Positions 18,721 to 26,595 of a stretch of 64,000 nt of DNA are shown here, one piece after another. A program made the position numbers and the translations under genes. The stretch lies in the IMG/VR virus record IMGVR_UViG_2687453592_000007, one strand, 5' to 3'. This DNA comes from an uncultured virus (IMG/VR IMGVR_UViG_2687453592_000007). Taxonomy: Duplodnaviria > Heunggongvirae > Uroviricota > Caudoviricetes. The notes beneath the pieces were generated by a model. That model did no database searches. It was not told where the DNA came from and saw only the letters and a program-made list of their open reading frames with translations. Within the stretch, counting starts at the first letter, position 1. Each line of letters starts with the position of its first letter.

Positions 18721-18954
18721 ATGGCCAATCCGATGAAGGGCGAGGTCGATATCGAGGCCTGCGGCGAACAGCTCCGGCTGATCCTGAGCTTCAATGCCAT
18801 TGCCGAGCTGGAAGAAGAGGCGGGCCAGACGCTCGCCGAGGCGATGGCCGCGCTCGAGGCGGGCTCGGTGCGGATCATGCGGCTCATTCTCTGGGCGGCG
18901 ATGCGCGATCACCGCCCCGGGACCACCCTGCGCCAGGCGGGCGCGGTCGACTGA
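18721..18954 (+). pseudogene. Tail assembly chaperone, C-terminally truncated by deletion
   Basis: MANPMKGEV..L.LSFNAIAELEE chaperone motif, only 77 aa; ends in TCGACTGATCC, the same end sequence as the NlpC-like gene in E2 (46548-46558). Confidence 0.7.
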
Positions 18955-18962
18955 TCCGGTGC

Positions 18963-21602
18963 ATGACCGCAGCGCTGACGCTGATCCTGCTGGCCGGTCT
19001 CGCGCTGACCCTCCCGGCGACCCCGGCCGCGGCCATGCCGCCGGTGGTGGCGGCCCTTGGCGCCGCGGCGGGCGGCTGGATGGCCGGACTGACCGCGACC
19101 GCCATCATGGGCCAGGCCGCGCTTGCGGCCGTCCTGACCGGCATCCAGATGGCGATGGCGAAGAAGCCGAAGGCGAAGACCCGCGACGAGATCACGCTCA
19201 ACCGGATCCAGCCGGTCACCACGGGCCGGATCCTCTATGGCGAGCGCATGCTCGGGGGTTCCATCGTCGCCCGCGCCACCACCGAGGCCGGGGGCAAGCC
19301 GCATCGCCGCTATCACTCGATCATGCCACTGGCCTGCCACGAGATCGACGGCGCGGTCGAGATCTGGCTGGGCGAGACCCTGGTCTGGACCGAGGCGAAA
19401 TACCGCCGCGATGAAGCCGCGGGCAGCGGCGATCCCTATCACTGGGGCCAGGTCGGAAGCGATTACAAAGGCCGCGTCCGGCTCCGCGTCCACAATGGCG
19501 GCGAGGATCAGGCGGCCGAGGCCCGCTATGTCGCGGCCGCCCGCGAATGGACCGAGGCGCATCGGCTGCGCGGCGTGGCCTATGTCTATTTCGAGGCCGA
19601 TTACGACCGCGATCTCTTCCCCAGCGGCGCGCCCCAGATCCGGGTCCGCGCCCGCGGCAAGCGCGTCTTCGATCCGCGCGACGGCCAGGTCAAATACAGC
19701 ACCAACCCCGCGCTCTGCCTGCGCGATTACATGCTGACGCCGCAGCTCCGGGGCGGGCCGGGCTGGCGCCCCGGGGATCTCGACGAGGACACGATCCTGG
19801 CCCTGGCCAACCTCGCCGAGGAACAGGTGCCGCTGGCCTCGGGCAGGACCGAGGACCGCTATGCCTTCAACGGCGTGCTCGAGACCGAGGCCACCGCGGC
19901 CGAGAACCTCAACGATCTGTCCTCCTCCTGGGGCGGCTGGTGGACCTGCGAGCGCGGCCGCCTGACCGTCGGGGGCGCGGCCTGGGAGGAGCCCGCCTTC
20001 ACCGTCACCGAGGACATGCTGGTCGGCGGGATCCAGGTCACCGCCCGCAAGCCCTTCGAGGAGCAGTTCAACACCGTGAAGGCGCAATATGCCGATCCGG
20101 AGAACGAGCATGTCGTGACCGATCTGCCGGTGCTGGACAGCGCCACCTATATCGCGGCCGACAATGGCGAGCCGCTGGTGCTCGACATGGGCGAGCTGCC
20201 GGGCGAGACCGGCTTTGCCCGCGGCCAGCGGCTGATGAAGCTGGCACTGCTGAAGGGCCGCCGCCAGAAGCAGGTCACGCTGCCCTGTTCGCTTGCCGCC
20301 TGGCCGGTGCGGCTGGGCGACACTATCCGGGTCTCGCTGCCGCGCCGGGGCTGGACGGCCAAGACCTTCGAGGTCACCGGCCGCACCGTCCATATCGGCG
20401 AGGACGGGGTCCGCGTCACGCTGAGCTGCATCGAGACCGGCCCCGCAATCTTCGACTGGCGGACCTCGGAGGAGACGCCCAAGCCCGCGGGCGGGATCCC
20501 GACGCTGCCCTCGCCGACCGCAAAACCGGTGGTGAGCGCGCCGACCATGACCGAGGCGCTTTACGAGACCCGCGGCGGCGGCGGGGTCAAGACCCGGGTC
20601 CGGCTGGCGGCCACCACCGACAATCCCTTCATTGACGCCTGGCAGTTCGCCTGGCGCCCGGTCTCGGCCCCCGAGCCCACGCTGCGCGGGCTCACCGATA
20701 CGCCCGAGGACATGATCGACGACGTGGCGCCCGGCCCCTATGCCTTCGGCGTGCGCGGCCGCAATGCGCGCGGCATCTGGTCGGACTGGGCCTGGGCAGG
20801 CGCCACTGCCGTGCAGGGCGAGAACGCCCCGCCGGGCGCCATCACCGGGCTTTCGGTGCAGGCCTCGGGCGGCGCGGTCGCGATGCTGCGCTGGGACCGG
20901 CATCCCTCGCTCGACGTGCGCCAGGGCGGCCGGATCGAGTTCCGCCACGCGACCGCGCAGGCGGGTGCCAGCTGGCAGAGCTCGACCGGCATCGGCAAAT
21001 CGGTCTCGGGCGGGGTCACCGAGGCGACCCTGCCGCTCAAATCCGGCACCTATCTGGCTCGGCCCTATGACGCGATGGGCACGCCCGGCCCGGTCTCGGG
21101 GATCGCGGTCCGCGCCGCCTCGATCATCCCGACCACGACCGTCGCCACCCTGGCCGAGGCGCCGGGCTTCGCGGGGGCGGCAGAGGGCTGCCACGCGGCG
21201 GGCGGCGTGCTGGCGATGGCACCGGGCGAGACCCGCGCGCGCTATGCCTTCGCGGGCCGGATCGATCTGGGCGCGGTCCAGCCGGTGCGGCTGATCTCGG
21301 ATATCGAGCTGCTGATCTCGGAGGCCCGGGACCTGTTCTGGCAGCCCTCCGGCACGGCGATGTGGACGCCGCCCGATGCGCGGCTCTGGCTCGGCTCGAC
21401 GGATGCCTATGGCGATGTCGATCTGCAGGTCTCGGTTACCGATGACGCCCCCGACGCCGCCCGCTGGGGGCCCTGGCAGAGCTTCGATGCCGCCGACTAC
21501 TCGGGCCGGGCCTTCCGCTTCCGCGCGGTCCTGGGCGTCGAGAGCCCCGATTACACCATCGGCATCACGGGCCTGACCGTGACCGCCCTCCAGGCCGCAT
21601 GA
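18963..21602 (+). CDS. Central tail tip/host-specificity protein (J-like, FN3 repeats) (E1)
   Basis: ILYGERMLGG, HRLRGVAY, YSTNPALCLRDY, RYAFNG motifs; near-identical copy 46540-49167. Confidence 0.9.
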   Translation: MTAALTLILLAGLALTLPATPAAAMPPVVAALGAAAGGWMAGLTATAIMGQAALAAVLTGIQMAMAKKPKAKTRDEITLNRIQPVTTGRILYGERMLGGSIVARATTEAGGKPHRRYHSIMPLACHEIDGAVEIWLGETLVWTEAKYRRDEAAGSGDPYHWGQVGSDYKGRVRLRVHNGGEDQAAEARYVAAAREWTEAHRLRGVAYVYFEADYDRDLFPSGAPQIRVRARGKRVFDPRDGQVKYSTNPALCLRDYMLTPQLRGGPGWRPGDLDEDTILALANLAEEQVPLASGRTEDRYAFNGVLETEATAAENLNDLSSSWGGWWTCERGRLTVGGAAWEEPAFTVTEDMLVGGIQVTARKPFEEQFNTVKAQYADPENEHVVTDLPVLDSATYIAADNGEPLVLDMGELPGETGFARGQRLMKLALLKGRRQKQVTLPCSLAAWPVRLGDTIRVSLPRRGWTAKTFEVTGRTVHIGEDGVRVTLSCIETGPAIFDWRTSEETPKPAGGIPTLPSPTAKPVVSAPTMTEALYETRGGGGVKTRVRLAATTDNPFIDAWQFAWRPVSAPEPTLRGLTDTPEDMIDDVAPGPYAFGVRGRNARGIWSDWAWAGATAVQGENAPPGAITGLSVQASGGAVAMLRWDRHPSLDVRQGGRIEFRHATAQAGASWQSSTGIGKSVSGGVTEATLPLKSGTYLARPYDAMGTPGPVSGIAVRAASIIPTTTVATLAEAPGFAGAAEGCHAAGGVLAMAPGETRARYAFAGRIDLGAVQPVRLISDIELLISEARDLFWQPSGTAMWTPPDARLWLGSTDAYGDVDLQVSVTDDAPDAARWGPWQSFDAADYSGRAFRFRAVLGVESPDYTIGITGLTVTALQAA

Positions 21603-21609
21603 GGATGAC

Positions 21610-22455
21610 ATGACCCAAGCCACCTATCTGCTCGACACCGGCCATACCAAGGCCCAGGCCTTCGCCATGCTGCAGGGCGTGCTTTCCGCGATCCAGAGCG
21701 GCAATGCCGGGGCCACCCCGCCCGCCGAGACGGCGGCCGGCATGCTCTGGGTCGATACCGACGCCCGCGCCCTGAAGATGCGCAATGTCCCGAACAATGG
21801 CTGGATCACGCTGGGCTCCTTCGCCTCCGGCAGCTTCGTTCCGGCCGGGGTGAACCAGCTGACCGAGGCCCAGGCGAAGGATGCGTTTTCCGACATCTAC
21901 GGCGCGGTGACCGGGGCGATCCTGCGCGCCGCGATCCTGGCCCACGCCCCCGACGCTGTGATCCCGGGCTGGCACCCTTTCGACATGGTCCGGCCCGGCG
22001 ACGGCGCCACCGGCCTGATCTGGAGCTACGACAAGGCAGGCAGCATCCAGAACGTGGAGACGCCCGAGTTCGAGGACGGATACGAATATGCGCTGGTCTT
22101 CGAGGCCGTCGCCACCAACAAGACCACCTCCACACTGCAGATCTCGGTGCGGCCCGAGGTCACCGGCACCTGGTCGCCCTTCACGTCCTTCCCCGGGGCG
22201 GGCTTCCGCAGGGATGACGTCTGTTCCGGCATGCTGCGGCTGCCCATGCCGCGCCAGCCCCGGCTGGTCCATGGCTGCATCTGGGACGCGCCGCTGAAGG
22301 CCGGGATGGAGGATCTTGCCGTCCCGACCGGCGCCCCCGAGGCCTCGGCGCTGAGTGCCGTCCGGGTCCGCTGGGCCGAGGGCGGACGCATCAACGAGGT
22401 CTTCCGCACCGGCCGCGTCCGCCTGTTCAGGCGCCGCGAACACCTCACCGGCTGA
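21610..22455 (+). CDS. Putative tail fibre/receptor-binding protein (E1)
   Basis: After J; N-terminal ~105 aa shared with 49175-50011, C-terminus divergent. Confidence 0.7.
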   Translation: MTQATYLLDTGHTKAQAFAMLQGVLSAIQSGNAGATPPAETAAGMLWVDTDARALKMRNVPNNGWITLGSFASGSFVPAGVNQLTEAQAKDAFSDIYGAVTGAILRAAILAHAPDAVIPGWHPFDMVRPGDGATGLIWSYDKAGSIQNVETPEFEDGYEYALVFEAVATNKTTSTLQISVRPEVTGTWSPFTSFPGAGFRRDDVCSGMLRLPMPRQPRLVHGCIWDAPLKAGMEDLAVPTGAPEASALSAVRVRWAEGGRINEVFRTGRVRLFRRREHLTG

Positions 22456-22525
22456 TCTGCCCTCCCATGACGAGGCCCGCCATGACCGTCACCAACACCG
22501 CGCGCGCCCATCCGCCGGAGGCCCC

Positions 22526-22813
22526 ATGCAGGAACTGACCACGCAGATCCGGGACTGGTGGGCGGTGATGCTCTCGCTGCTCGGGCTGGCCGTCTGGTCG
22601 GTACGGCTCGAGGCCCGGGCGCGGACCAATACCGCCGCGCTCGACCGCGAGACCGCCCGGCTCGCCGAGGAGATCCGCGCCCTCGAGGCCCGCTGGCAGC
22701 GGCAGCGCGCCGAAGATCTCGCCGCCCGCCAGCGCGACCGCGAGGAGACCAACGCGCTGCTGCGCGAGCTTCGCGCCGACATCAAGACCGTCCTGCAGCG
22801 CGTCCCGCGCTGA
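22526..22813 (+). CDS. Lysis-region membrane protein (1 TM plus coiled coil)
   Basis: N-terminal TM; identical protein at 50173-50460. Confidence 0.65.
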   Translation: MQELTTQIRDWWAVMLSLLGLAVWSVRLEARARTNTAALDRETARLAEEIRALEARWQRQRAEDLAARQRDREETNALLRELRADIKTVLQRVPR

Positions 22814-22838
22814 GCTATTCCCCCGAAAGGAGCCCCAA

Positions 22839-23051
22839 ATGCACCTCGTGCCCCACTGGCGCGCGCTGATCCGGCGCGCCTGGTCGATCCGTCTCATCCT
22901 GATCGCGGGCCTGCTCTCGGGCTGTGAGGCCGGGCTCTCGCTCGCCTCGCCCGATCTGCTGGGCATCCCGCGCGGCCTCTTTGCCGGGCTGTCGGCGCTG
23001 GTGACCGCGGCCGCCTTCGCCGCCCGGCTGATCGCCCAGAGGATGGAGTGA
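22839..23051 (+). CDS. Putative holin (2 TM)
   Basis: 70 aa, two hydrophobic segments, directly before endolysin. Confidence 0.7.
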   Translation: MHLVPHWRALIRRAWSIRLILIAGLLSGCEAGLSLASPDLLGIPRGLFAGLSALVTAAAFAARLIAQRME

Positions 23052-23055
23052 ACCG

Positions 23056-23565
23056 ATGCGCAGGATCCTGAAACGCGGCGCCGCCGCCACCGCCCTCGCG
23101 CTCAGCTTCGTCGGTGGCAATGAGGGCCTGAAGACAGAGGCCTATCTCGACATCGTCGGCATGCCGACCGTCTGCTTCGGCGAGACCCGGGGCGTCGCGC
23201 TCGGCGACAGCTACACGCCCGCCGAGTGCCGGGCGATGTTCGCCGGGAGGCTCGCGGAGTTCGAGGCCGGGCTCGACCGGCTGATCGCGGATCCCGTCGA
23301 GGACCTGATCCCGGCCCGGAGCTATGTGGGCATTTTGGACTGGGCCTATAATGTCGGGCTCGGCGCGGCTGCGCGCTCGACCCTGATCCGCAAGCTCAAT
23401 GCGGGCGATCTGCGCGGCGCCTGCGACGAGCTTCCGCGCTGGCGCTTCGCGGGCGGCAAGGGCATTCGCGGCCTCCTGATCCGCCGCAACAAGGCCCGGC
23501 AGCTCTGTCATGAGGGGCTCGACGGCGTTCCGGCCGACGTGCCGTTTCGCTGGGACGGCGCATGA
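23056..23565 (+). CDS. Endolysin, GH24 lysozyme with SAR-like N-terminus
   Basis: EG..(8)..D..(5)..T catalytic triad, YNVG, STL.RKLNAGD..GAC, GL..RR. Confidence 0.93.
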   Translation: MRRILKRGAAATALALSFVGGNEGLKTEAYLDIVGMPTVCFGETRGVALGDSYTPAECRAMFAGRLAEFEAGLDRLIADPVEDLIPARSYVGILDWAYNVGLGAAARSTLIRKLNAGDLRGACDELPRWRFAGGKGIRGLLIRRNKARQLCHEGLDGVPADVPFRWDGA

Positions 23566-23891
23566 GGGCGCTCCTCGCGGCGCTGCTGCTGGCCGGATGC
23601 GGCGGGCTGCCCGTGCCGCTCGGGCCAAACGTCGCCGCCAACGTCCAGGCCGGGGCCGAAAACGTCCAGGGCCAGAAGGTCGAAAACGCGCCTTCCATCC
23701 TTCGGCCCCGCGCCCGCGAGATCCGCCAGGAGCAATCCGAGAACCGCCTCCGCGCCGACCGCGTCGAGACCGTCATCGTCAATGTCATTCCGCCCTGGAT
23801 CGTGCTGGTCGCCCTGATCGGATGGATCGCCCCCTCGCCCGGCGAGATCGGGCGGCGGATCGGCGAAGCGGTCAGGGGAAGGCGATCATGA
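23562..23891 (+). CDS. Putative unimolecular spanin (lipoprotein with C-terminal TM)
   Basis: Lipobox LLAGC; C-terminal hydrophobic helix PWIVLVALIGWIAP; after endolysin. Confidence 0.65.
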   Translation: MRALLAALLLAGCGGLPVPLGPNVAANVQAGAENVQGQKVENAPSILRPRAREIRQEQSENRLRADRVETVIVNVIPPWIVLVALIGWIAPSPGEIGRRIGEAVRGRRS

Positions 23892-24104
23892 GAAATACAA
23901 CCATAAGGCGAGTTATCTATAATACAGACAACCTTTGGTTAGGGTATCCGCTATAACAACGGAACTGGCCAGGCAAGGGCCCACTAAACTTATCAAAGAA
24001 CTGAAACTAAATTAGACCCTCGCAGGCCCAACGCCCGCGGGGGTCGCCCCGTTCTCGCGTGCCCGCTTGGGGGTGCCACCCTTTCCTTCTCTCACGCAAC
24101 TGAA

Positions 24105-24251
24105 TTCCCCCCGCTTACGGGCGGGGGCAAGGCGGTGTTGTAGCACCGCCTCACCACGCAGCCTGCGTCAACAGATGCTGCGCCGACACCCGAGAGGGAA
24201 TCTGTCGCCCGGCTCTCGCGAGAGCGGGCGGACCTAGAACAGGTTCCTGAC
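24105..24251 (+). promoter_or_regulatory. Conserved multi-hairpin leader of the late Dam-like gene
   Basis: Three stem-loops including perfect AGGCGGTG/CACCGCCT; near-identical at 52398-52544. Confidence 0.4.
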
Positions 24252-25067
24252 ATGAACGAAATGCGAAAAACCGTCCCCGCAACCCCCGTCGCCCCGTGGA
24301 TGGGCGGCAAGAAGGCCCTCAACCGGCGGATCATCGAGCGGATCGAGGCGATCCCGCACCGCACCTATGTCGAGCCCTTCCTCGGCATGGGCGGGGTCTT
24401 CCTGCGCCGAAGCTGGCGCCCGCGTCTGGAGGTGGCGAACGACCTGAACGGCGAGATCACCAATCTCTTCCGCGTGTTGCAGCGCCATTATCCCCAGCTG
24501 ATGGAGGTGATGCGCTTCCAGATCACCTCGCGCCGCGAGTTCGAGCGGCTCCGCGCCTGCGATCCGGCCACGCTGACCGATCTGGAACGTGCCGCGCGCT
24601 TCCTCTATCTGCAGCGGCTGGCCTTCGGCGGGCAGCTCCGCGGGGTTTTCGGCATATCGCCGAACAGTGGGCCTCTGTTCAGCCTGGCCAAGATCGGCCC
24701 GCTGCTCGACGCCGCTCATACCCGGCTCGACGGCGTGGTCTTCGAGAACCTGCCCTGGCAGGACGTGCTGGCCCGCTATGATGGCCCGCAGGCGCTGTTC
24801 TATCTCGATCCGCCCTATTGGGGCGGCGAGGACGATTACGGCAAGGGGCTCTTCGACCGCGACCAGTTCGCCGAGCTGGCCGAGCGCCTGGGCCGGATCG
24901 AGGGCGCCTTCGTGCTGTCGATCAACGACCGGCCCGAGATCCGCGATCTGTTCGGCGCCTTCGTAATCGAGGAGGTGCGGCTGAATTACTCGGTCTCGAA
25001 GAGCGGCGCGACCGCCGCGCGGGAGTTGATCATCGCCAATCGCGAGGTCAGGGTGGGGCTCGTATGA
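24252..25067 (+). CDS. Dam-family N6-adenine DNA methyltransferase (E1 late)
   Basis: WMGGK, YVEPFLGMGGVF, NDLN, YLDPPY. Confidence 0.92.
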   Translation: MNEMRKTVPATPVAPWMGGKKALNRRIIERIEAIPHRTYVEPFLGMGGVFLRRSWRPRLEVANDLNGEITNLFRVLQRHYPQLMEVMRFQITSRREFERLRACDPATLTDLERAARFLYLQRLAFGGQLRGVFGISPNSGPLFSLAKIGPLLDAAHTRLDGVVFENLPWQDVLARYDGPQALFYLDPPYWGGEDDYGKGLFDRDQFAELAERLGRIEGAFVLSINDRPEIRDLFGAFVIEEVRLNYSVSKSGATAARELIIANREVRVGLV

Positions 25068-25129
25068 GTTCCCCCGGCCCGGTCGGCGTTTAACCGGATC
25101 TTGGGGGCGCCCGGTAAAAGGTCCGTCCC

Positions 25130-25705
25130 ATGCGCCGTCTCCTGTCCCTGCTGCTGCTGAGCCTGACGCTCCTGACCTGCGCGCCGGTCGCGCAGGCGCC
25201 GCAGGGCGTTGCACCGGCCGCGCCCTACACCCGCGCGGCCTTCGGCTCGGGCTGGACGGATCCGGACGGCAACTGCCTCGACACCCGCGCCGAGCTGCTG
25301 GCGGCTCTCTCCACCGTGCCGGTGCGGCTCGCGCCCTCGGGCTGCTCGGTGCGCCACGGCCGCTGGTTCGCACCGTATACCGGGCAGGTGATCACCGAGG
25401 CGGGCGATCTCGACATCGATCACATCGTGCCGCTGCGCTATGCGTGGGGCCACGGTGCCGCCAGCTGGTCGGCCCAGAAGCGCGCCCGCTTCGCCCGCGA
25501 TCCCGTCAACCTGCTGCCCGTCAGCGCCTCCGCGAACCGCTCGAAAGGCGCGCGTGGGCCGCTGGACTGGTTGCCGCCGGATCCGGGCTTCCGCTGTCAG
25601 TATGTGCTGCGGTTCCGGCGGATCGCCGCGAGCTACGGCCTGGTGCAGTCCGCTGCCGAGGAACGGGATCTGGTGGCGCTGACCGGGCGGGTGTGTGGGG
25701 CATGA
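25130..25705 (+). CDS. Secreted HNH nuclease (DUF1524-like)
   Basis: Signal peptide; DIDHIVPL, NLLPVSASANRSKG, WLPP...CQY. Confidence 0.85.
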   Translation: MRRLLSLLLLSLTLLTCAPVAQAPQGVAPAAPYTRAAFGSGWTDPDGNCLDTRAELLAALSTVPVRLAPSGCSVRHGRWFAPYTGQVITEAGDLDIDHIVPLRYAWGHGAASWSAQKRARFARDPVNLLPVSASANRSKGARGPLDWLPPDPGFRCQYVLRFRRIAASYGLVQSAAEERDLVALTGRVCGA

Positions 25706-25871
25706 AGGGCGGGGAGCGGACGCTCGGGGTTGTCGCAGGGCATCGCGCGTGCATCCTCGAAGCAGACGTTCACCGGACGTGCTGTCGCTGGAGCGTGCAG
25801 GCAGACATTTGCAGGTGCGCTATTGGCTTTCGGAGCAGGACTTCATCCGCGAGAAGCTCACACCAAGTACC

Positions 25872-26582
25872 TCACTTTCCAAGAATACCTAGGTCAAAGC
25901 CAACGTTGCATAAGACTCGGCCAGTGAAAGTTAAGCCCGGCAGTGACAACAAGACGAAGCCCGCTGCGTAGAATACAAGGACCATGTAAACGATACCACG
26001 CAAGGTGTGTCTGTTCTGCACATTGTAAAAGCTTCGTAGGATGTCGATCTTGATCTGGTTGTCATCATCCTTTTTAAGAGCATCCGAGGCTGTCTTAAGA
26101 CTCTTATCTCGACTTAACCATGGCGCCCTCCGGCCGAAGGACGACGCCACCTGCGGTCTCTTCGATTTAATTGTCACGTACATCGAGCGTAGATTTCTTG
26201 CCGAAACGTTTTCAATTGTTTCAACGACATACTCATTTATGCCCTTAGCGCCCTTGATGACTCCGGGCGCAAATGCACGGTAAAGAATTGTGCCAAATCC
26301 GAGAAACAATAAGCCGATGTAAACAATGTTTAAGCGCATGGAGAACTCGAACCACGGCGCGCAAGTACCTGGTTGCGCCTGTTGGTTCAGCAATCCCCCG
26401 AGGCCACCCAAATACTCTTCTATCTGTGAGTGGTACAGGATCATATATCCCACAAACGGCGTGCTCATCGTTAAAGAAGCTGGCACGCTCTGACCGAACC
26501 CCCTTAGCAGATGCCAGTTTATGAGCCTGTAACGCCAAGTTTCAGGCTCCCAAGACTCCTGAACTGCTCGCCGTTCGGACAT
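25872..26582 (-). CDS. Multi-TM membrane protein, last gene of the Lamassu-like operon
   Basis: At least three hydrophobic segments; starts within 14 bp of the SMC-ATPase stop; same low GC. Confidence 0.75.
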   Translation of the reverse strand: MSERRAVQESWEPETWRYRLINWHLLRGFGQSVPASLTMSTPFVGYMILYHSQIEEYLGGLGGLLNQQAQPGTCAPWFEFSMRLNIVYIGLLFLGFGTILYRAFAPGVIKGAKGINEYVVETIENVSARNLRSMYVTIKSKRPQVASSFGRRAPWLSRDKSLKTASDALKKDDDNQIKIDILRSFYNVQNRHTLRGIVYMVLVFYAAGFVLLSLPGLTFTGRVLCNVGFDLGILGK

Positions 26583-26595
26583 CAGCACCTCATAG

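Noticed and set aside
9871..18954. E1 as a capsid-forming PICI
   Set aside because: E1 is ~32 kb with lambdoid early genes, tail tube, J, fibre and lysis genes and a visible deletion scar; it fits a deleted prophage better, though tail borrowing is functionally analogous.
23888..24100. AT-rich E1-specific insert after the spanin as a gene
   Set aside because: Only short broken ORFs (22 codons); probably a decayed moron and not interpretable.
24252..25705. Dam + HNH as a type II restriction-modification pair
   Set aside because: The HNH protein has a clear N-terminal signal peptide, so it would not share a compartment with the methylated chromosome.
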